The notes beneath the pieces are model-generated. The model had not been told where the DNA came from. It searched no databases and saw only the letters and a program-made list of their open reading frames with translations. Below are positions 45,401 to 58,218 of a DNA stretch of 64,000 nucleotides, one piece after another. The position numbers and the translations under genes are program-made. The number at the start of each line of letters is the position of its first letter. The stretch's first letter is position 1. The DNA lies in NCBI RefSeq assembly GCF_009914755.1, contig NC_060935.1; one strand, 5' to 3'. The DNA is from the human T2T-CHM13v2.0 reference genome, Homo sapiens.

Positions 45401-45788
45401 GCCTGACACCATGTAAGACGTGCCTTTGCTCCTCCTTCACCTTCTGCCATGATTGTGAGGCCTTCCCAGCCATGTGGAACTCTGAGTCCATTAAACCTCT
45501 TTTTCTTTATAAATTACCCAGTCTCTGGTATGTCCTCATTAGCAGCATGAGGATGGACTAATGCAAGTCAATAATAATTTAAATGTACATTTTAAAAATA
45601 ACTAAAATAGTGTAACTGGATTGTTTGTAACACAAAGGATAAATGCTTGAGAGGATGGATACCCCACATTATATGATGTGATTATTATGCATTGCATGTC
45701 CATATCCAAACATTTCATGTATCTCATACATGAAATAAATATTCACCTACTATGTGCCCACAAAAATTAAAATTTCAATTTAAAAAAA
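42405..45788 (+). mobile_element. 5'-truncated L1 (L1MA1-3-like), degenerate ORF2 RT region to 3'UTR, interrupted by THE1
   Basis: Contains ORF2 RT-region sequence (tgcaaaaatcctcaacaaaatac; tttacagatgatatgatc, the FADD-equivalent) and an L1MA-type 3'UTR (tggattgtttgtaacacaaaggataaatgcttgag). An (aagcca(ta)n tg) mini-repeat lies at 42457-42526. Confidence 0.9.
44803..45565 (+). mobile_element. THE1 (MaLR): 3' end of the internal region (44803-45200) plus 3' LTR (45201-45565)
   Basis: THE1-int end with purine tract gggaggagactggggcaaaa, then LTR taatatggttt...ggactaatgca. TSD AGTCA at 44798-44802 and 45566-45570. Confidence 0.9.
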
Positions 45789-47820
45789 TTCCCCTTCAAA
45801 TACTACCTTCCTATTTGTAGAGGATAAAGAAAGGAAGAAAAAAAATTACTATTCTATAGAAACAGATTCAATCAGTGCTACTGAAAGACATTATCTCTTA
45901 CCCTTATATTTATCCCCATTTGCTATAGTTCCACAAAATATCGGGGAACCCCAGGCCTAGCCAAGTTACCCTGTAACAGATTCTCTTCTAGTGTGACAGA
46001 CATCATTCAAGGGGACAATAGAAGTTGGAGGAAACAAGTAGGGTACGGTAGGGTAGGGTAGGGAGGCATCCTTAAGGAGATGTCATCATTTATTTGATTG
46101 ATGCTGCCTAACACCAAGCCTCAAGCCTAGTTCAGTTCTCCAGGGATATCCTGGATTTTGTTACCTACTCAAAACAATGCTGATGACCACTTCTTTGCCT
46201 ACCAAGCAAGACATATTATAAAGCTGGGCAAGTTAAGCTGTGAGAAAGTGGAAATGGTGACAGGCGTAATTAAGCAGCCTAATTTTGTGCTTGTTTGGCA
46301 CAGAGAAGAAAGTGTGTCCATAACGAGTCATTACAGACTGAAAGGAAGGGTAGGGAGAGAGCTTCAAATAATTATTTGAAAAAGATCACAAATACTTTTA
46401 CTTTTCATAAATCTCCAATGTCAACAAAATGATCTAGGAAATATAGCTGTGATTTTATGGAAAGAAAGAACTGAAGTCCTTTTTTTCAGCATAGAAGGTA
46501 CTTGTTCAACTACACTCCTAATATTTGAGATGAGAGAACGGGAGTAGGGGAAGAACTACTACACTCCCAGTCCTACATATTAGGTTTATTCCCAAGTAAA
46601 TCTCCTTGCCCCTCCTGCATATTTTTCTATTGCACCATTTTTTCCTTTCTTATTAAAACTACCTGTCTGTCACAATCCTACTCATCTTTTCAGTCTAAAC
46701 TCAAGAACCACTTTTTCCTTGAAGCGTTATCTGACTACTGCCTCCTTTGTGCTCCTATCATAGCTCAACTTTTGACCCTGTGCAAATTATGGAATTTCTT
46801 TTTTCTTCCCATATTTTTTTCTCCCACCAAATTCTGAGTTCGTTAGGGGAAACCCTGAGGCTTATTTATCTTTATGTCCCTAGCACCTAACATAATGCCT
46901 GACATTTTCAGAGGTTCTGTTAATGCTGACCATTAAAACCTCTTTCATATCCATTCTTGCCTCTATCTTCTTGGAATTGCTATCATTTCAGCCCACACCC
47001 TTTTCTCCAGAGGTGACCTCCAGAGATGGAGGTCATCTTTCTTTGTTTCTGTCTTCTTACAGTTATAAGCATGTGGGTTCACCATGTAATGCACTGATTT
47101 TCTTGCAAACACCAGAAAACAAAATGGTAGCAGAAGAAAGAATTGTGAACATCATATTCTAATACAATCTCTTTGCTACACAGAAGGAAAAAAGCTCATG
47201 CCTAGGAAAGGAAAGTGATATGCATAAAAATATCAGCTTGGTGAACAGTAAGTAGAATGAAATCTAGAACCCAGGTTTCCTACTTTCTCTATCGACTGTT
47301 CATACATACTCATTTCTCGTTGTGTTCTGTTCTCTTAGTGAACTGCAAATAGAATTTGTACATTCTATCACAACTTTTGGTTTGGGTTATATGAAAAAAA
47401 TGTTTTTTTCTACCATTATCCTTAAAGAGAAATGTACCTTACAAGTACTCGTAAAGCAATCTTTGGGCACCGTAGGATAATTTAGGTTGTAGAATTTTAT
47501 TTTAATATTTGTTTTAAAATGTACATATTTTAAACTGCAACCTTAGTAATTAGGTTAAGGTAATTATAATCATGTTAAGGTGTTTTCAGATTTTTAAAAT
47601 TAAAGTTTATGCAAATACACATAAAGGGCCAAAAATTTGTCTCAGGTGAGAGCAGATTTATTTTCACCCACTTTGAGACTTCTGCCAATTGCCTTTTCAC
47701 AACAACCAAAAGAAAAATGGAACAAGCATTGACTGTAACCCATGAGAACCAGGACCCATTTGATTCATTCATTAACCCCTGCAGCCAGCTCAAGAATGTC
47801 AAGAACAGAAAAATAATTGA

Positions 47821-48153
<333 letters not shown>

Positions 48154-49004
48154 CTAAAGGTCCTCTTGACTATTTTTCCAAGCACTGGGTAGTTTGCTCC
48201 TCTAACATAACTCTTTGAGCTAATGGGGCAGAGGCTGCATTGGGTGTGGAGGTGAGGAGAAGCTGTAGAAAGGGAAAGAGAATAGGCTCAGACCAAAGGT
48301 CCTACCCTTACACTAAGAAACTTAAAAAAAATCTGAATCCATCAGATAACAAATCACCCAGTCCATTGTTACAAAAGTAAGCTGGAATTCATTCTTGAAT
48401 TGCACCAATTATTTTGGAATGCATTCAGGAGAGCATTTCCTTATGGAACATAGTTGCAAATAATTAAGAAACAATGTGGGGAGAGGGGGCCAAGATGGTA
48501 GACTAGAAGCAGCCCATGTGTGCTGCTCTCACAGAGAAGAAACAAAAGGGTTAGTGAACACTGACCCTGCAAGCCAATCATCTCTGAAACCACGTCAGTA
48601 TCCATTAAGGCAACAGAAGGACACCGAGAGCAGAGACGAGTGAAACTGGGCACCAGTCTGTCTGGGCTCAACGCAGAGCCAGGAGAACTTCTCTAACATG
48701 GGAAAGGGTGAGAGCCCCCTGGCGGGGGGGCACACTCTCCACAGGGACCTGTGCAAGACTAGGAATGGGAGAATCCTCCTAACCCCCTATATCCCTCCCA
48801 TCACACTTCTAGACTGAGGCAGAGAGCTACCCAGCCATTTTACAGAAGCAATTCTTGAGTCCAAGGGGACCTCTACAAGTCTTGGGACTGAGAACAGATC
48901 AGCACCAGCACCATAGCTCCAACAGAGGTCACAGTTGTGGTGCCTGAGAGCAGTAAGATTGCTTCACCTCCCCTTACCAGACAGGGCTCAGCACCAGCTT
49001 CTGG

Positions 49005-49620
49005 CCCAGTGGTCCCACTTCAGCCTGAACTCAGCCAGCAGCTGTAACTTCCTCTTGTCCCAGGAAACACCCAGACAGCAGGGCAGGCAACTTTACCAAA
49101 CCCTTCCACTGGTAGCCAGGCAGGCAACACCTGCTAGAGCTTCTAGCCCAGTGGTCTCACTTCAGCCTGAACTCAGCCAGCAGCTGTAACTTCCTCTTGT
49201 CCCAGGAAACACCCAGACAGCAGGGCAGGCAACTTTACCAAACCCCTCCACTGGTAGCCAGGCAGGCAACACCTGCTAGAGATTCTAGCCCAGTGGTCTC
49301 ACTTCTGTCTGAACTTAGCCAGCAGGTGCAGCTTCCTGATGTCCTGGGAAGTGCCCAGAAGGCAGGGTGGATGACTCTACTCAACCCCACCTCTTGTAGC
49401 CAGGTGAGCAACACATGTTATAACTTCCAGCCCAGTGGTCCTATTTCTGCCTGGATTTGCAAGGGGACACAGCCTCCTGTTGCCTTGAAAACACCCTGAT
49501 AGCAGGGCAGGCAACTCCACTGAACCCCACCTCTTGTATCCAGACAGGCCACTCCCACTAAAGCTTCCAGCCCAGTGGTCTTGCTGATGCCTGAATTCTA
49601 CAGGAAGGTACAACCCAGTC
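49005..49620 (+). repeat. Tandem array of about 142-bp units in the L1 5'UTR
   Basis: cccagtggt recurs at 49005, 49147, 49289, 49431 and 49571. Confidence 0.92.
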
Positions 49621-52600
49621 TTTCCCCAGGAATAACTTGAATAGAAAATCAGGGCTGACCTGGTAAGGATACAGCTTGTCTTCCAACTGTCGTCCCTGCC
49701 TGAGGGACCCCCATAGACCAGAACACCTAACAAAAGAAATGTAGACATGGAGACAGTAATTGGAGGGGCTCCTTCAAGACCCAGACTAGAATCAAAGCCA
49801 GTCAACTGAACCCACCTTTTACCATAATCCAACCCCCAAGGGCATCTAAGAAGATTAAAAAAAAAAAAAAGAAAAACATTCAAAGGATAGCAGCTTCAAA
49901 GACTGAAGGAACATCAGCCCACACAGATGAGAAAGAACCAGCGCAAGAACTCTGGCAACTCAAAAAGCCAGAGTGCATTTTTACCTTCAAATGACCACAC
50001 TAGTACCCCAGCAATGGTTCTTAACCAGGCTGAAATGGCTGAAATGTCAAAAACAGAATTCATTTCTGACTTCTATATGGATAGGAATGAAGATCATCAA
50101 CATTCAGGAGAAAGTCAAAACCCAATCCAAGGAATCTAAGGAATATAATAAAATGATACAAGAGATAAAAGACAAATAGCCATTTTAAAAAGAACCAAAC
50201 TGAACTGAGAGAGCTAAAAAACTCACTTCAAGAATTTCATAATACAATTGCAAGTATCAACCAGAATCTACCAAGTTGAGGAAAGAAACTCAGAGCTTCA
50301 GGACTGCTTCTCTAAAATAACTCAGTCAGACAAAAACAAAAAAATAAATAATAAAGAAGAATGAATGAAACCTCCAAGAAATATGGGATTATGTAAAGAG
50401 ACCAAATCTATGACTCTTTGATGCCCTTGAAAGAGAGGAATAGAAGGCAAGCAACTTGGAAAACATGTTTGAAGATATCATCCATGAAAATTTTCCCAAC
50501 CTCACTAGCTTGGCCAAAATTCGAATCCAGGAAATGCAAAGAACCTCTGTGAGATACTATACAAGATGACTGTCCCTAAGACATACAGTCATCAGATTCT
50601 CCAAGGGCAAAATGAAAGAAAAAATGTTAAAGGCAGCTAGAAAGAAGGAGCAGGTAACCTCAAAGGGAACCCCATTAAGCTAATAGCAAACTTTTCAGCA
50701 GAAACCCTACAAGCCATAAGAGATTGGGGGCCTATATTCAGCATTCTTAAAAGAAATCCTCACCATGAATTTCATATTCAGACAAACTAAGCTTTATTTT
50801 AAGTAAAGGAGAAATCAGACCCTTTCCAGACAAGCAAGTACTAAGGGAATTTATTACCAGCAGACCTGCCTTACAAGAGGCCCTTAAGGGAGTGCTAAAT
50901 GTGGAAAGGAAAGACCATTACCACCCACCACAAAAACACACTTAAGTACGCAGACTAGTGACAGTATAAAGCAACCACACAATCAAGTCTGAATTATAAC
51001 CAGCTAACAATATGATGATGGGATCAAACCTGCACATATCAATATTAACTTTGAATGTAAATGGGCTAAATGCCCAATTAAAAGGCATGAAGTGGCACAT
51101 TGGATAAAGAAAGCAAGACCTAACTATGAGCTGTCTACAGAGACTCATCTCACATTCAGTGACACCCATAGGCTAAAGGTAAAGAGATGGAGAAAAATCT
51201 ACAAGGCAAACAGAAAACAGAAAAAAGCAGGGATTGCTATGCTAATTTCAGAAAAAAAAACATACTTTAAATAAACAACAATTTAAAAAGACAAAGGAAG
51301 GCATTACATAATGGTAAAGGGTTCTATTCAATAAGAAGACCTAACTATCCTAAATATGTATGCACCCAACACAGGAAAACTCAGATTCATAAAGCAAGTT
51401 ATTAGAGACCTATGAAGAGAGTTAGAGAATCATACAAACATAGATTTCAACACCCCACTGACAGTATTAGACAGCTCATCGAGCCAGAAATCTAACAAAT
51501 GTATTTGGGCCCTAAACTCAACATTTGACCAAATGGGCCTAACAGCTACAGAACCCTCCACCCCACAAAAAAACAGAATATACATTCTTCTCATCTGTAC
51601 ATGGCAGATATGCTAAAATTGACCACACAATCAGCCATAAATAATCCTCAACAAGTTAAAAAAATAACAAAATCATACCAAACATACTCTCAGACCACAG
51701 CATGATAAAAATAGAAATCATTACTAGGAAAATCACTCAAAATTGTACAATTACATGGAAATTAAACAACATGCTCCTGGATGACTTTTGAGTAAACAAT
51801 GAAATTAAGGCAGAAATCAAGAAATTCCTTGAAATTAATGAGACCAAAGATACAATATACCAGAATTTCTGGGATACAACTAAAGCAGTGTTAAAAGCAG
51901 AGTTTATAGTGCTAAATGCCCACATCAAAAAGTTAGACAGATCTCAAATTAACAACCCAATATCACAACTCAATATCCTAGAGGAACTAGAGAAACCAAA
52001 GCAAATCAACCCCAAAACTACCAGAAGACAAGAAATAACCACAATCAGAGCTGAACTGAAGGAAACTGAGATGCAAAAAACCATACAAAAAATCAACAAA
52101 CCTGGTAGTTTGTTATTTGAAAGAATAAATAAGATTAATAGACCACTAGCTAGATTAATAAAGAAAACAGAACAAATAAACACAATTAGAAATTACAAAG
52201 GGGACACTACCACTGATGATACAAAATAGAGAAAACTCTCAGTGACTACTATGAACATCTCTATGCAAACAAACTAGAAAACTTAGAAAAAAACGGATAA
52301 ATTCCTAAAAACATACAACTGCCAAAAATTGAACCAGGAAGAAATCAAATCCCTGAATACACCAATAACAAATTCCAAAATTGAATCAGTAATAAAAAGC
52401 CTACCGACAAGAAAAATCCCAGGATTTACAGATGGATTCACAGCTGAATTCTACCAGATGTATAAAGAAGAGGTGGCGCCATTTCTACTGAAACTATTTC
52501 TATATACCAACAATGTCCCAACTGAGAGCCAAATCAAAAACTTAATCACATGCACAATAGCCACAAAATGAATTAAATACCTAGGAATACAACTAACCAG

Positions 52601-53122
52601 GGAGGGGGAAGATCTCTATAATGAGAATTATGAAACACTGCCCAAAGAAATTACAGATGATACTAATGGAAAATGAATGGAAAAACATTCCTTGCTCATG
52701 GATAGGATGACTCAATATTGTTAAAATGGCCATACTGCCAAAAGCAATTAAATAGATTCAATGCAATTCCTATCAAACTATCAATGACATTCTTCATAGA
52801 TATAGAAACATCTATTTTAAAATTCATATAGAACCAAAAAAGAGCTTGAATAGCCAAGGCAATCCTAAGCAAAATATAAAGGTGGAGGCATCACATTACC
52901 CGACTACAAACTATACTACAAGGCTACAGTAACCAAAACAGCATGGTGCTAGTAAACAAAACAAACAAACAAAAACAGACACATAGACCAATGGAACAGA
53001 ATATAGAGCCCAGAAAAAAAGTCACACACCTACTATCATCTGAGCTTTGAAAAAGTGGACAAAAACAAGCAATGAGGAAAGGATTCCCTATTCAATGAAT
53101 GGTGCTAGAATAACTGGCTATC

Positions 53123-53995
53123 TGTATTAGTCTATTTTCATACTGCTAAGAAGAAATACCCAAGACTGGGTAATTTATAAAGAAAAAGAGGTTTAATAAG
53201 ACTCACAGTTCCACATGGCTTGGGAGACCTCACAATCATGGTGGACAGCAAAGGAGGAGCAAAGGCACATCTTACATAGTGGCAGGCAAAAGAGTGTGCG
53301 CATGAATGTTTATTGTGGCACTGTTCACAATAGCAAAGACTTGGAACCAACCCAATGTCCATCAATAATAAACTGGATAAAGAAAATGTGACACATATAC
53401 ACCATGGAATACTATGTAGCCATAAAAAAGGATGAGTTCACATTCTTTGCAGGGACATGGATGAAGCTGGAAACCATCATTCTCAGCAAAATATCACAAG
53501 GACAGAAAACCAAACACCACACGTTCTCACTCATAAGTGGGAGCTGAACAATGAGAACACATGGACACAGTGAGGGGAATATCACACACCAAGTCCTGTT
53601 GGGGAGTGGGGGCTGGGGGAGGGATAGCGTTAGGAGAAATACCTAATGTAAATGATGAGTTGATACATGCAGCTAACCATCATGGCACATGTTAACCTAT
53701 GTAACAAACCTGCATGTTGTACACATGTGCCCTAGAACTTAAAGTATATAATAATAATAATAAAGAAATTCAAAAAAAGGAACAAAACAAAAACAAAAGT
53801 GTGTGTGGAGGGGAACTGCCCTTTATAAAACCATCAGATCTCATGAGACTTATTCACTTCCTGTGAGAACAGCACAGGAAGAACCTTTCCGCATGATTCA
53901 ATTACCTCTCACTGGGTCCCTCCCATGACATGTGGGGATTATGGGGGCTACAATTCAAGATGAGATTTAGGTGGGGACACAGCCAAACCATATCA
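53123..53995 (-). mobile_element. THE1 solo LTR inserted in L1 ORF2 and split by a younger L1 3' end
   Basis: tgtattagtc...ccaaaccatatca termini. TSD CTATC at 53118-53122 and 53996-54000. Confidence 0.92.
53301..53794 (+). mobile_element. 5'-truncated L1PA (about L1PA6-8) 3' end inserted in the THE1 LTR
   Basis: L1PA 3'UTR ending gtgccctagaacttaaagtata plus A-rich tail. TSD AAAAGAGTGTGCG (53288-53300) and AAAAGTGTGTGTG (53795-53807). Confidence 0.9.
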
Positions 53996-54463
53996 CTATC
54001 CATATGCAGAATACTGAAGCTGGACCCCTTCCTTACACCATATACTAAAATCAATTCAAGATGGATTAAAGACTTAAGTTTAAAACCTAAAACTATAAAA
54101 ATCCTGGAAGATAACCTAGGAAATACCATTCTGGACATAGTTCCTGGCAAAGATTTAATGACGAAGATACCAAAGCAATTGCAACAAAAACAAAAAATGA
54201 CAAATGAGATCTAATTAAAGACCTTCTGCAAAGCTAAAGAAATTATCAACAGAATAAATAGACAACCTATAGAATGGGGGAAATATTTGCATACTATACA
54301 TCTGAAAAAGGTCTAATATGCAGAATCTATAAGGAACTTAAATCAATAAGCAAAAAAAAAAAAAAAGAACCCCAGTAAAGAGTGGGCAAATTACATTAAT
54401 AGACACTTTTCAAAAGAAGACAGACTCACAGCCAATAAGCATGTAACAAAAGTGCTTAACATC

Positions 54464-54679
54464 TGTATTAGTCCGTTCTCCCACTGCTATAAAGAAATAC
54501 CTGAGACTGAGTAATCTATGAAGAAAAAAGTTTTAATTGGCTCATGGTTCTGCAGGCTGTACAGGAAGCATGGCTGGGAGGCCCTAGGAAACTTATAATC
54601 ATGATGGAAGGCGAAAGGGAAGCAGGCACATCTTACATGTCTGGAACAAGAGGAAGAGAGAGAAGGGGGAGGTACTACA

Positions 54680-54710
<31 letters not shown>

Positions 54711-55174
54711 GAGACGGAGTCTCTCTCTGTCGCCCAGGCCGGACTGCGGACTGCAGTGGCGCAATCTCGGCTCACTGCAAGCTCCGCTTCCCGGGTTCAC
54801 GCCATTCTCCTGCCTCAGCCTCCTGAGTAGCTGGGACTACAGGCGCCCGCCACCGCGCCCGGCTAATTTTTTGTATTTTTAGTAGAGACGGGGTTTCACC
54901 TTGTTAGCCAGGATGGTCTCGATCTCCTGACCTCATGATCCACCCGCCTCGGCCTCCCAAAGTGCTGGGATTACAGGCGTGAGCCACCGCGCCCGGCCGG
55001 TACTACACATTTTTAAACAACCAGATCTCATGAGAACTCACTCACTATTATGAGAACAGCAAGAGGGAAATCCACCACTATGATCAAATCACCTCTGACC
55101 AGGTCCTTCTTCCAACACTGGGGATTACAATTCAACATGAGATTTGGGTGGGGAAACAAATCCAAACCATATCA
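54464..55174 (-). mobile_element. MSTA-like MaLR solo LTR inserted in L1 ORF2 and split by AluYb8
   Basis: tgtattagtccgttctc..actgctataaagaaatacctgagactg ... tccaaaccatatca. TSD ACATC/ATATC. Confidence 0.9.
54682..54998 (-). mobile_element. AluYb8 (human-specific), 29-nt pure A run, 16-bp perfect TSD
   Basis: Yb 7-bp duplication ccggactgcggactgcagtgg plus the diagnostics caccttgttagc, cgcttcccggg and ctcatgatccaccc. TSD GGTACTACACATTTTT at 54671-54686 and 54999-55014. Confidence 0.97.
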
Positions 55175-56469
55175 ATATCACTAGAGAAATGCATTAGAAA
55201 AATGCAAATCAAAACCACAATAAGATGCCATCTCCCACCAGTCAGAATGACTATTATTAAAAAGCCAAAAAATAACAGATACTGGTGTGGTTATATACTG
55301 CTTGTAGGAATGCAAGTTAGTTCAGCCATTGTGGAAAGCAGTGTGGTGATTTCTCAAAGAACTTAAAACAAAAGTACCATTTGACCCAGCAATCTCATTA
55401 TGGGGCATAAACCCAAATGAATATAAATCATTCCACCTCCAAGACACACACGTGTATGTTCATTGCAGCACTACTCACAATAGCAAAGTCATGGAATCAA
55501 CCTAAATGCCCGTCATAGTAGACTTGATAAAGAAAATGTGGTACATAGACACCATGAAACACTATGCAGCCATGAAAAAGAACCAGATCATGTTCTCTGC
55601 AGCAACATGGATGGAGCTGGCAGTCATTATCCTAAGCAAACTAATGCAGGAACAGAAAATCAAATACCACATATTCTCACTTACAAGTAGGAGCTAAACT
55701 TTGAGAACACATGGCCATAAAGAAGGGAACAACAGACACTGGGGCCTACTTGAAGGCAGAGAGTAAGAGGAGGAAGAAGATAAAAAAAATATCTATCAGG
55801 TACTACACTTATTACCTGGGCGATGAAATAATTTGTACAACAAACCCTTGTGACATGCAATCTATCTAAATAACAAACTTGCCAAAAAAAAAGGTGGAGA
55901 TGAAATACTCAATCTCTCTCTCTCTGCTTTTTCCAAGTATTTTTTCTTTCAGGGTGCTAAATAAAATATGTTAACATATAATGCCTTATTTACAGAAATA
56001 AAAGTTAGTTATTGAAACAATTTGTAATTTAGTTCTTGAAGTAAGAAATACAAAAAGGTGATAATTAGGGCAGTTGAAAATCAGCATTATGGGGATAGAT
56101 GTGTTTTCCTTTTGTTTCCAAGAGCTGGGCAGACCATGCTGAAGAGATTCAGTTCTCTGAATTTGCTCCAAGTGGTACGGCTTATATTTGTAATGTTCCT
56201 TTATCTCTTGTCACAAAGCTTCAGCTCATCAGGTAAACTTTAAATACGTACATCTTGACTCTTCTAATAAGATATAAAAACTCATCAATGAGTCCAGAAA
56301 TTAGATTTGAAATCTAAGTATTATTTCCCACAAACTAAGAGTCATAAGGAAGTTCTCAATGTGTACATATATTTTAGTACATGTGCTGAGTCCAATCATG
56401 TATTTTTAGTAAATGAATATATGTCAATTTACCAATATTTGAATGTGTAATTTCTTAGTAAACAAAAGG

Positions 56470-56945
56470 TTAATTCAGTCATTCAATCAAATATTATTTA
56501 TTGAGTTGCTACTATGGGCCAGGTATCATTTTGGTTTTGGAAAAGCAGACGTGGGCAGTGACTTTGTGGGAGGAGGAAGGGAGAACAAGACAGATAAGCA
56601 TATAGATATGTAAATCTGGTGGTGATATGTGCTATGAAATATAAAGTGATCAGGTATATGAGTATGGGGTAGGCTGGGAGGCTTTCAGAGAGGTCAAGAA
56701 AACTCAGAGAAGGGGACATTTGAATAAAGACCTGAGCTAAGTGAGAGAGTAAGCCATGTCATTATATGAGGACAGCATCCAAGCAGAGGCAAAGTATAAT
56801 TGAAAGTCCTATGGCAAGGGTGTACTTGTGCTTGGAATGTTTGAGGAATAATGAAGAGACCAGTGTAGCTGAGCTGGGCAAGAGGTAATATGTCAGGTGT
56901 CAGAAAGATAGCAATGGGGCCAGATCATGTAGGTCTTATATACCA
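56470..56945 (-). mobile_element. L2 3' region
   Basis: attcagtcattcaatcaaatatt..ttgagttgctactatgggccagg...gacatttgaataaagacctga...ggggccagatcatgtagg. Confidence 0.75.
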
Positions 56946-58003
56946 TGAAACCGACTTTGTGTTCCATTCTGAGTTTCTGAGTTTCTACGAAACACCATTA
57001 AAACAACATGGCAGACCTGGAAATCCCTCAGCAATACCCACATAAGAATCTGGAGATATGCCAGGGCTGCCTTGCCTTGGCCCACAATGACTGCCAAGGA
57101 ACCAGATGCTGTTGCTTGAAAAATAATGTACACTGCCCAGCTTCTATGCCCTTCGATTTCCATCCATAATGAAGCTTCCAAAAGAACACAGAATAAAGGC
57201 AAGCATGGGTAACTGTGTAATGACAAGAAAAAGGTCTTTACTTAAATTGTGAAATATATATACTTGATAAAATAAAATTGCACAAAAGGAAAGTATAAGA
57301 TTATTCGAATGCTATTTTTTCACTTAATTATTGGACAGAACAAATATTACTAGTTGGAAATGAACATGCTTATTATATCAAAATGTTTTTACTGTTTTTA
57401 AGCTAAACTAGGTATTTAATTTCTCAGCAGACTTTGAAAGATTGCAAACAAAAATCATGCTAATGAACAAAAATAATAATACATAGATTTATTAAATATA
57501 AATTTCATGTTAATACTAAAGTAAAATATGTGTTTGTTATAAATATCGAGACATAAGGAAGTATTTTGAATTTACTTATAAGTGATCAGGTAGACTAGAC
57601 AAGAAATATAAAATATCGTCTTCTTACTTTCTTCTTACATTTTCTTCTGTATTTTTTAAATTAAAAAAAATGTTTTACCCCATTTCAAGGCAACTTTACT
57701 AACCATCACTTTTTAAACTGCAAATTATTAGTACTGCCAACTGGAGAACTTCAGCACATTTTGCAGCACGTAAATATGCCATCTGTATCCTACAGTAATA
57801 CCTGTGGCTTAACTCTCTAATTAGCTAAAGAAATGATACCTTATATATATCAACCATAGTAAAAATCATTCAAATAGTATATAATAAGCATACAATGTGC
57901 TTTATTGTCATTAGATATGATACTGATATACAGCACAATAATCCACCTTGAAAAATTCCTATAGCAGGTAAAGCAGGTAACAGTTAATATAAAAGACTGA
58001 AAA

Positions 58004-58218
58004 TTGCACATGTACCCTAAAACTTAAAGTATAATTAAAAAAAAAAACATTCTCATCACACCAAAAAAAAAATAAGGCGATAGATATGTTAATTACCTTG
58101 ATTGACTCTTTCTACAATGTATACATAGATCAAAACATCACACTGTACCCCATAAATGTGGACTATTATTATTTGTCAATTATAAATAAATATTTAAGAA
58201 AACTAAAAAAAAAAAAAA
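58004..58218 (+). mobile_element. Very short young L1 3' end plus transduced flank plus poly(A), bounded by a 13-bp TSD (L1 3' transduction)
   Basis: TSD AAAAGACTGAAAA at 57991-58003 and 58219-58231. L1 terminus tgcacatgtaccctaaaacttaaagtataat plus A11, then 157 bp of other sequence containing AATAAA, then a second A run. Confidence 0.88.

Larger units (their letters stand above)
48485..55892 (+). mobile_element. Near-full-length decayed L1 (L1PA15/16-like): 5'UTR with 142-bp repeats, ORF1 remnant from 49927, ORF2 remnant from about 51010, and 3'UTR; carries nested insertions
   Basis: 5' start ggggccaagatgg..gactagaagcagc. ORF1 start MRKNQRKNSGNSKSQS. Endonuclease-domain start (aatattaactttgaatgtaaatgggctaaatgccc). 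Older L1PA-type 3'UTR. Many stops and frameshifts. Confidence 0.9.

Noticed and set aside
49005-49620. Regularly spaced repeats resembling a CRISPR-like array
   Set aside because: Whole units are homologous with no unique spacers; this is an L1 5'UTR tandem repeat in human DNA
49927-55700. L1 ORF1/ORF2 fragments as a functional retrotransposon or domesticated gene
   Set aside because: Many stops and frameshifts, RT core deleted, four nested insertions
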